A DNA stretch of 53,359 bases from Eubacteriales bacterium (GTDB lineage: Bacteria > Bacillota > Clostridia > Oscillospirales > CAG-272), in the NCBI GenBank assembly GCA_051867925.1, contig JBJDZI010000061.1, positions 1-53,359 on the forward strand, given 5' to 3'. The notes under the pieces were generated by a model, which saw nothing but the letters and a program-made list of their open reading frames with translations, was not told where the DNA came from and searched no databases. The position numbers were made by a program, and so were the translations under genes. Positions 47,095 to 53,359 of this stretch are shown in pieces. The first letter of the stretch is position 1. The number at the start of each line of letters is the position of its first letter.

Positions 47095-47883
47095 TCAATG
47101 ACGCCTTGTAAAAATATAGCTTCTGAACAAACGCTTGTCCTTTGTTCCGCTCGTTCTTCCGACATTTACGCCGCCAGAACCGACTGTCACAAAGGTTTGC
47201 CCCGGTTCACCGGGAATGACCTCCATATCAACCTTGAATTTGAACTGTTTTCCATACTTTTGAACGAAATACATTCCAACCATGGCGACCTCGTTTGGAA
47301 CAGTCAAAGAGCCAAGCTGATAATCCTCGTACCGAAGGACGGAATAGCAATAATTTGTTTTACTGCAAAATGCAACCCCTTCGAAGCTGACACAGAACCA
47401 TTCTGCTTCGGCAATTTGCTGTTCTGCATCTTTGAATATCTCAAACTGTTCAAGGATCAGTGCATTGGTGTTTTTGGATATGGAGATTTGTACGGTCTTC
47501 TGACTGACCATTCCTCCAACAGTAAAAGAGACAGCGACAAGCACTATGTAAACAATGATCCGGATGAATTCAAATTCATATATAACTGCACGCAGTCCCC
47601 AAAAAATCAGCAAGCCCCCCAGACAACATCCGACAGCAGACAGCAATACAACCAGAGTATCTTTCGGAGCTCTGGACACACGCACACCCCAAACGGTATA
47701 GCTGTAAACATTCGCCATCCGATACATACACCAGCCGACCAACAATCCTCCGATCATCGTCAGAACGATTATCATAGCAAAAGGAGACGACATCTCATCC
47801 AAGATGGTTACAAGCAACTCCTGAGTAGAAATCCCAAGGATAACTCCAAGTAAAATAAGTAGCGCACAAATAACTTCTTTCAT
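47095..47883 (-). CDS. Hypothetical membrane protein (about 4 TM plus soluble C-terminal domain)
   Basis: GGAGG RBS; hydrophobic N-terminal half. Confidence 0.75.
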   Translation of the reverse strand: MKEVICALLILLGVILGISTQELLVTILDEMSSPFAMIIVLTMIGGLLVGWCMYRMANVYSYTVWGVRVSRAPKDTLVVLLSAVGCCLGGLLIFWGLRAVIYEFEFIRIIVYIVLVAVSFTVGGMVSQKTVQISISKNTNALILEQFEIFKDAEQQIAEAEWFCVSFEGVAFCSKTNYCYSVLRYEDYQLGSLTVPNEVAMVGMYFVQKYGKQFKFKVDMEVIPGEPGQTFVTVGSGGVNVGRTSGTKDKRLFRSYIFTRRH

Positions 47884-47903
47884 AATTAAAATAAACCTCC
47901 TGA

Positions 47904-49214
47904 TTATTTAACCGTCTTTTGAACAACACAATCGCTAATATTGACATTATTGCCTACCCAAATTCGAACAATTTGAACTCCGGTAACATCTATTTCATAT
48001 TCGATTGGTTTTGCAACCGATGAAATATCATTCATTAGAAAAAGATATGTTGAAGATTCATATTCACCTGATGAAAAATCTCGAACTGATATACTTCCAT
48101 CGGTATTTGAAATATAAGTATTTCCATTTCCGTATGCTGTAAGCGTTAGAGTGTTATATTCCCCATTTAATATATAGATAATACATCCATAGTTTTGAAG
48201 GAATGCCGTCGAAATTACATTTCTATGATTATTACCATATATATCCTTTTCAGAATCAGTCAATGTACAATCCCTTAAATATACTTCCAAATTATTCAAT
48301 TCTACCGGCGCATACTCCGCATAATATGACTTTTTCTCCTTCAACCCTTGATCTGAGGGAAAATATTGCAGCGCCGCATTGATAATGCCAAGCGCTGTTT
48401 CCCAGTCTTTGGCGGGTGTGACAAATGCCGCATCCGCTTCGGAAAGCGCATTGCTGACATAGGTCTTTTCATATACCGTGATTTTTGCCTGAATATCGCT
48501 TTCCTCCGGCAGTGCCTGCGCCGCCTTTTTCAGCAGCGACACGGCGCCCATATAATCCTTTTCGGAAGCCAGCGTCTCTGCCTGCGAAAAAACATTCTGC
48601 TTGTACTGATTCGTGCAACGCTCAATTGCGGTCCGGGCATCGGAATAATTGGAATCTCCCTCAATAACCAATTTGTACTGAGCAATCGCATCGGTGTAAT
48701 TTGCCAGCTTTTCAAGATCAACTGCCGCCGAATACGCCGCCTTCGACGCCAGCGACCCGTCGATCTTCTTCAATATTTCCCTATAACCGTCGGGAGTTAC
48801 ATTGGTTCCGCTGACCACCTTTTCAATGACTCCGAGTTTGTTTTTGACTTCTTTTTCAGTCAGCTCATCAGCAAGTGCCTTGTCGTTGATTCCATTGCAA
48901 AGCTCGACTATCTGATCCTGTGCGCTCATTTCAAGAGCATAGTTCCCTACAAATTGGCTGTTGTAGAGGTCAATGGCATTTGCATACTCACTGCTTTGGA
49001 TGTAAGCGACAAATTTCTGAAGCTGTTCTTCGGAAGATTGAACACCGCTTGAATCAGGTGCAGTTCCGGCAGATGTAGTCGCCTGAGTCGTTTTTGCAGC
49101 CTTTTTGCTCTCACCCTCCTCATTCTCAATTGAACTGTCACATCCCGTAACCAGGGTCGCCGCCAGCAGAAGGCCTGCAAGCAGCACTGTCAAAAATTGA
49201 ATCGGTTTTCTCAT
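47904..49214 (-). CDS. Lipoprotein with helical TPR-like repeats and a C-terminal NPCBM-like beta domain
   Basis: VTGC lipobox; DIYGN..H...Y.LNGEY.TL...IDVTGV..V.I pattern; GGAGGAG RBS. Confidence 0.7.
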   Translation of the reverse strand: MRKPIQFLTVLLAGLLLAATLVTGCDSSIENEEGESKKAAKTTQATTSAGTAPDSSGVQSSEEQLQKFVAYIQSSEYANAIDLYNSQFVGNYALEMSAQDQIVELCNGINDKALADELTEKEVKNKLGVIEKVVSGTNVTPDGYREILKKIDGSLASKAAYSAAVDLEKLANYTDAIAQYKLVIEGDSNYSDARTAIERCTNQYKQNVFSQAETLASEKDYMGAVSLLKKAAQALPEESDIQAKITVYEKTYVSNALSEADAAFVTPAKDWETALGIINAALQYFPSDQGLKEKKSYYAEYAPVELNNLEVYLRDCTLTDSEKDIYGNNHRNVISTAFLQNYGCIIYILNGEYNTLTLTAYGNGNTYISNTDGSISVRDFSSGEYESSTYLFLMNDISSVAKPIEYEIDVTGVQIVRIWVGNNVNISDCVVQKTVK

Positions 49215-49333
49215 TAACTCCTCCTTCTGTGCCGATTCCCCGTCGGCACAATTGTTATGTCCCATAACGGTACTCTCGCACCGTAATGCGCCTTCACTCA
49301 ACGAATATCTAAATGAAACATTCTCTTTTCTCA

Positions 49334-49362
49334 ATTATATCTAATTTATTTAGATTTGTCAA
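49334..49362 (-). promoter_or_regulatory. Consensus promoter with a palindromic operator in its spacer
   Basis: TTGACA-17-TATAAT; ATCTAA-N5-TTAGAT at 49339-49355. Confidence 0.7.
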
Positions 49363-49439
49363 TACAAATTGATGAACTAATTAGATATTTTTTTGAAAAT
49401 GTTGAGTATAATTATCTACAAGCAGAGGTGATGAATGCT

Positions 49440-49745
49440 ATGGAAAAAGAAGATTTCATTCGGCGACTGGTCGAACTGCGAATGCACAAAGGAGTGTCGG
49501 CGCGGGATATGAGCCTGTCCATCGGACAGAGCGCCGGATATATCAACAACATCGAAAACGGCGTCAATCTGCCGTCCATGACAGTATTTTTTTACATCTG
49601 CGAGTATTTGGAAATAACCCCGAAAGAATTCTTCGACACCGATGCGGGCGATCCCGTAAGGCTCAATGACCTCCTTTCCTCCGCCAAAGGACTAAGCGAC
49701 GAACAGTTGGAGCATCTGATCGCCATCGCCAAATGGATCAAGTAA
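49440..49745 (+). CDS. XRE-family helix-turn-helix regulator
   Basis: LRMHKGVSARDMSLSIGQSAGYINNIENGVNLPS. Confidence 0.9.
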   Translation: MEKEDFIRRLVELRMHKGVSARDMSLSIGQSAGYINNIENGVNLPSMTVFFYICEYLEITPKEFFDTDAGDPVRLNDLLSSAKGLSDEQLEHLIAIAKWIK

Positions 49746-49772
49746 CCCTTCCCCCAATCCCATTGTGATAGA

Positions 49773-49814
49773 AAAAGCAGAGACAATGCCTAAGCGGGCA
49801 AAGTCTCTGCTTTT
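49773..49814. terminator. Bidirectional terminator
   Basis: AAAAGCAGAGAC...GTCTCTGCTTTT between convergent genes. Confidence 0.65.
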
Positions 49815-49852
49815 ATTGATAGGAAATTTTCACTTTCCCTTTTCACCAAAAC

Positions 49853-51265
49853 TCACTTCCTCAGTCCCTTGGGATAATGGTTCTTCGCCACGCCGCCGCC
49901 GGCTTTGACACCGCCGATAGCGGCGTTGCAGACGCGCACCACGCCCCAGCCGGTGAAAGTTGCGGGGATGGTCTCGCCGTGCAGATAGGCTGCAAGGAAT
50001 TTGTCATCGGAAGCAAGGTCAATGTGATTTCGGAAGAGGTCGCCGTACGCTGAGAAGAACTGATGATGCGGTATCAGCCGCCCCTTGGTGACACTTCCCA
50101 CGTTCACGCCTGCAGAGTAGACCCCCTTGGCAGGCACAGGCAGATCGGGGTGAACGTACACCGTTCCGTTCCGACTCCGCAGTTTGGGAAGCAGTAATTT
50201 TGCCGCTTCGGGGATCAGTGCCTCTTTCCAAAACGCCTCCACCGCCGTCCGCTCCTCTTTGGATAAAGCAGACGAACTGTCCTTGGGAAGCGCGGCGGCT
50301 CCCCCTTCTCCGCATTCCCGGCGTAGCACCGCAACAAACTGCCCTTCTCCGTCAAAGACGTGGGGATAGAACCGACGGCAAAGTTTCGCCTCTTCTGCGG
50401 TCAGAGTGAAAGGGGCGGGCGCAAAGCCGTCTGTCTCAGGCAAACTGCCCGCGATACCGGGGGCGGACACCGCCGTCACCGCTCCGTTTGGTGCGGTCAG
50501 CCTAAAATCGGGATGCTCGGAAAGAAACCGTGCCACCTGCCATTCGTTCTCCTCGGGGGCGAAGGTGCAGGTGGAATAGATCAGCATCCCGCCCGCCTTG
50601 ACCAGTTTGGCGGCGGCTTTCAAAATCCCGTACTGCCGGTCGGCACAAAAAGCGGGCGATGACTCGCTCCACTCCGAGACGGCATCGGGATTTTTGCGGA
50701 ACATTCCCTCTCCCGAGCAGGGCGCGTCCACTACTGCCAGATCGAAATTGCCCGCGTAAAGTTCAGACAGCGACGGCACATCCATGGAAGTAATCACAGT
50801 GCGGCGCACGCCCATCCGTTCCAGATTCCCGCAGAGGGTGGGAACGCGGGAGCGGGTGTATTCGTTGGAAAGAAGCAGTCCTTCCTCGCCGAGTTTTGCA
50901 GCGATCTGGGTAGACTTGCCGCCTGGACTGGCGCAGAGATCTGCCACCCACCAATTCGGCTCAATATTCACCGCCGCCACGGGTGCCATTGCGGCAGGCT
51001 CCTGCACGTAGATTGCCCCCGCATGATGGAGGGGACTGCTCCCGATATGCTCGGCGGCAAAGGTATATCCTCCCTCTGCAAAGGGAATCTCCGACAGGGC
51101 GCCCACCTCTTTGGTGAGCGCATCCCGTACGGCATCGGCATCGCCTTTGAGGGGGTTTAGCCGAAGCCCCCGCACAGGTGCGGTCTCCAGCGATGAGACG
51201 AAGGCATCGTACTTTGCCCCCAGCATCGCCCGCATCCGACGGGTAAACGCAACAGGTAGGTTCAT
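49853..51265 (-). CDS. rsmF: RsmF/NOL1/NOP2-family RNA m5C methyltransferase
   Basis: YVQEPAAM, DLCASPGGKS, DAPCSGEGMFRK, YSTCTF..EENE, KNHYPKGLR. Confidence 0.85.
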   Translation of the reverse strand: MNLPVAFTRRMRAMLGAKYDAFVSSLETAPVRGLRLNPLKGDADAVRDALTKEVGALSEIPFAEGGYTFAAEHIGSSPLHHAGAIYVQEPAAMAPVAAVNIEPNWWVADLCASPGGKSTQIAAKLGEEGLLLSNEYTRSRVPTLCGNLERMGVRRTVITSMDVPSLSELYAGNFDLAVVDAPCSGEGMFRKNPDAVSEWSESSPAFCADRQYGILKAAAKLVKAGGMLIYSTCTFAPEENEWQVARFLSEHPDFRLTAPNGAVTAVSAPGIAGSLPETDGFAPAPFTLTAEEAKLCRRFYPHVFDGEGQFVAVLRRECGEGGAAALPKDSSSALSKEERTAVEAFWKEALIPEAAKLLLPKLRSRNGTVYVHPDLPVPAKGVYSAGVNVGSVTKGRLIPHHQFFSAYGDLFRNHIDLASDDKFLAAYLHGETIPATFTGWGVVRVCNAAIGGVKAGGGVAKNHYPKGLRK

Positions 51266-51400
51266 ATGACTTCAGAGGATTCTTTCCAAAACCGTCACCC
51301 GCATTTGCCGAGTGACGGAGCGTTTACCGCCGACAGTTTGCCGATAAACACTTGTCCTCCCAACCTCCCGAAAATCAGATTTTGCAATTGATGATTCCAC

Positions 51401-51952
51401 TCACCGCTTCTCCACCAAGAAGAAGAAGGGCGATGTGGGCGAATTGACGATGCGAAGCTGGGACACGCAGATCTCCTTGCGATCGAAGAGCGCAAACTTT
51501 TCGGTGATCAGTTGTCCCTCCAACGCACCCTCGGCATGACCGGGATAGACCGCGATCAGCAGTCCGCCGCCGGGTGCCAACAGCCGAACGGCGGCGTCAA
51601 TGGCAAGGAGTGTGGTCTCGTGGAGGGTGGTGACCGTCTTGTCACTGCCCGGCAGGTAACCCAGATTGAACATTCCCGCCGCGATGGGACCTTCTACAAA
51701 CTCCTCCACGCGGTGGTGGGAAGCGCAGATCAGCTCGTAATTCATCGGCGCGCCCTCTCGCTCCAATAGTCCGCGGGTGGAGGTCAGCGCCGCCTCCTGG
51801 ATGTCGAAAGCATACACCTTGCCGCTCTCGCCCACGCGTCTTGACAACCAAAGAGTGTCGTGTCCGTTGCCCATGGTGAAATCCACCACGGTATCGCCCT
51901 CTTTGATATGGGTGGCGATCATGTCTTTTTCAGTTGTTCTCAGATCAAGCAT
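51401..51952 (-). CDS. mnmM: YtqB/MnmM-like class I SAM methyltransferase
   Basis: DFTMGNGHDT, FDIQ, MFNLGYLPG, YPGH..G..E. Confidence 0.75.
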   Translation of the reverse strand: MLDLRTTEKDMIATHIKEGDTVVDFTMGNGHDTLWLSRRVGESGKVYAFDIQEAALTSTRGLLEREGAPMNYELICASHHRVEEFVEGPIAAGMFNLGYLPGSDKTVTTLHETTLLAIDAAVRLLAPGGGLLIAVYPGHAEGALEGQLITEKFALFDRKEICVSQLRIVNSPTSPFFFLVEKR

Positions 51953-52017
51953 AAATTTTCACAGGATTTCCGTAAAGAAAGATCCTGTATACCTCCTAAC
52001 GGTTTGATTCCATCCGT

Positions 52018-52941
52018 TTATCCCATTACCGCATCCATAACACGGATGCCGTCGGCAAAACGGGCTTCCTTGCCGCGACTGCCGAAAATACCGACGATAT
52101 ATCGATTGCCGTCCTGCTCGGCAAGGAAAATCACGTTGTAGCATCCCTCCAGCGAGCCCGTTTTCCCCGCGATCACCCGCGGATCGTAGTATTCGCTGTC
52201 TTCGTCTAAAAGCAGGTTGGTGTTCACCCAGGTATTGGTATGTCCGCTCTCGTATACCACATCTGCCGATGCCATCCCGCCGTAGGTGAGGATCAGCTCA
52301 TTTTCAAAGGCGAGTTTGGAAACAACCACCATGTCCTCCACGCTGGAATAATGCTCCTTCCCTGCCAGCCCGTCGGGGACGGTGAAGTTTGAGGAGCAAA
52401 GCCCCAGCGTGACGGCGTACTCGTTCATTCCTGCCATAAACCGCTCCACCGCCTGCTTGCCGTCCGACGAGGGATCCAGCTTCTTCCCTGCCGCCGCCGC
52501 CAGAACGTAAGCCGCATCGTTGCCCGAGGGGATCATCATCCCCTGCACCAGCATCTCCACGGTAAGCTGATGATGGGATTTGATATACGCCACCGACGAA
52601 CCCTCCCGCACCAGCTCCAGCTCGTCCCCCGGAGTGATGATCTCCTCGGGCGAGAGCAGCGTCAGCGCGTAAAGTGCCGTCAGCAATTTGGTCACGGAGG
52701 CGGGATAGATCCGCCGATCCGCGCCTTTGACTGCGACAAGCTCCTCTGCTTGACAGACGTAAACGAAGTACGCATCGGCGCTGACCCCGCTCACCGAAAT
52801 CGGCGAAGCAGCGGTAGGGATATATCCCGCGTCACCCTCCGAATGGCGGACGGCAGAAGGTTCACCGCAGGCGGACAAAAGGATGCAAAAGATCAACAGG
52901 AACGCAAGGAAAACGCGCCCCCGCGAAAAACGGTCAGACAT
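52018..52941 (-). CDS. D-alanyl-D-alanine carboxypeptidase (peptidase S11), probable lipoprotein
   Basis: LSAC lipobox; PASVTK, SGNDAA, KTG; paralog of 14259-15542. Confidence 0.88.
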   Translation of the reverse strand: MSDRFSRGRVFLAFLLIFCILLSACGEPSAVRHSEGDAGYIPTAASPISVSGVSADAYFVYVCQAEELVAVKGADRRIYPASVTKLLTALYALTLLSPEEIITPGDELELVREGSSVAYIKSHHQLTVEMLVQGMMIPSGNDAAYVLAAAAGKKLDPSSDGKQAVERFMAGMNEYAVTLGLCSSNFTVPDGLAGKEHYSSVEDMVVVSKLAFENELILTYGGMASADVVYESGHTNTWVNTNLLLDEDSEYYDPRVIAGKTGSLEGCYNVIFLAEQDGNRYIVGIFGSRGKEARFADGIRVMDAVMG

Positions 52942-53143
52942 AGAAAAATTCTCCTTGAAACAGATTTCCTCCATTGTAGCACGCAGGCAGGTCGTCTGCA
53001 AGAATATTTTGTAAACCAAACCCTAAGATTTCATTAAATCGGTCGCTTTTTTGCTACCGCCGGCTTTATTGTATACCATTCCGCGGAATTTGTCAATACA
53101 CCATCGCCGTCCCGACGAAAAATCCGCCTTTGCGGGCGGATTT

Positions 53144-53283
53144 CAGCGTGTCGAAAAAGTTAACGAGAATACTGGAGGAAGGGGAAAACCATCTCATACG
53201 CCGAAGTTTTTCCCCTTCCTCCAGACCTCCAACCCCATTCCTTGGCTGGCGGCACTCTAAATTTATTGTTTCTCGACAGGCTG
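53144..53283 (-). mobile_element. 140-bp MITE-like element (subtype C), inverted
   Basis: Near-identical reverse complement of 29484-29623; flanked by 24-bp palindromes at 53120-53143 and 53284-53307. Confidence 0.88.
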
Positions 53284-53307
53284 AGGGCGGCAAATATTTG
53301 CCGCCCT

Positions 53308-53359
53308 CAGAGTGTCGAAAAAGTCTTTCAGAAAATCGAGAGGAGGGCGAAACCATCTC
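53308..53359 (-). mobile_element. Start of another 140-bp element (subtype B), cut by the window edge
   Basis: Matches the reverse complement of 22817-22868 apart from two TIR bases. Confidence 0.8.

Noticed and set aside
47032-47853. 273-aa plus-strand ORF
   Set aside because: Antisense to the RBS-supported membrane protein gene, and it starts inside a terminator hairpin
53120-53359. CRISPR array interpretation of the palindrome/140-bp alternation
   Set aside because: The long units are homologous to each other and TIR-bounded, the short palindromes differ, and no cas genes are present

Overview
A 53 kb chromosomal window from a spore-forming Clostridia-type Firmicute (alpha/beta SASP, type A RNase P RNA, sigma-A consensus promoters, mostly GC-rich coding sequence). 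From left to right: a frameshifted serine-recombinase remnant; a three-gene operon (MerR-HTH/FGGY kinase fusion, GH32-like enzyme, large surface GH32) behind a 19-bp-spacer MerR-type promoter; SASP; a feoAB iron/metal operon with repeated TTAG-N6-CTAA palindromes; a BspA-type LRR protein; a DD-carboxypeptidase; a two-gene exported haem-c system resembling hydrazine synthase beta-gamma plus alpha subunits, with carbohydrate-binding-like inserts; an AraC-linked cluster of 2 Gfo/Idh/MocA and 3 TIM-barrel isomerase-like genes; a VTT protein; an aldo/keto reductase; pyrC-K-D-F-E-B-I; an MBL lipoprotein; membrane genes; rnpB; dusB; malQ; an AT-richer XRE/lipoprotein islet; RNA methyltransferases; and a second DD-carboxypeptidase. 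Intergenic spaces carry two interlocking repeat families: a 140-bp TIR-bounded MITE-like element with a covarying 17-bp internal stem and duplicated palindromic flanks, and a three-hairpin REP-like cassette. The best candidates for new biology are the Hzs-like haem protein pair, the MerR-kinase fusion operon and the 140-bp structured element. All family calls come from reading motifs by eye; no database search was run.
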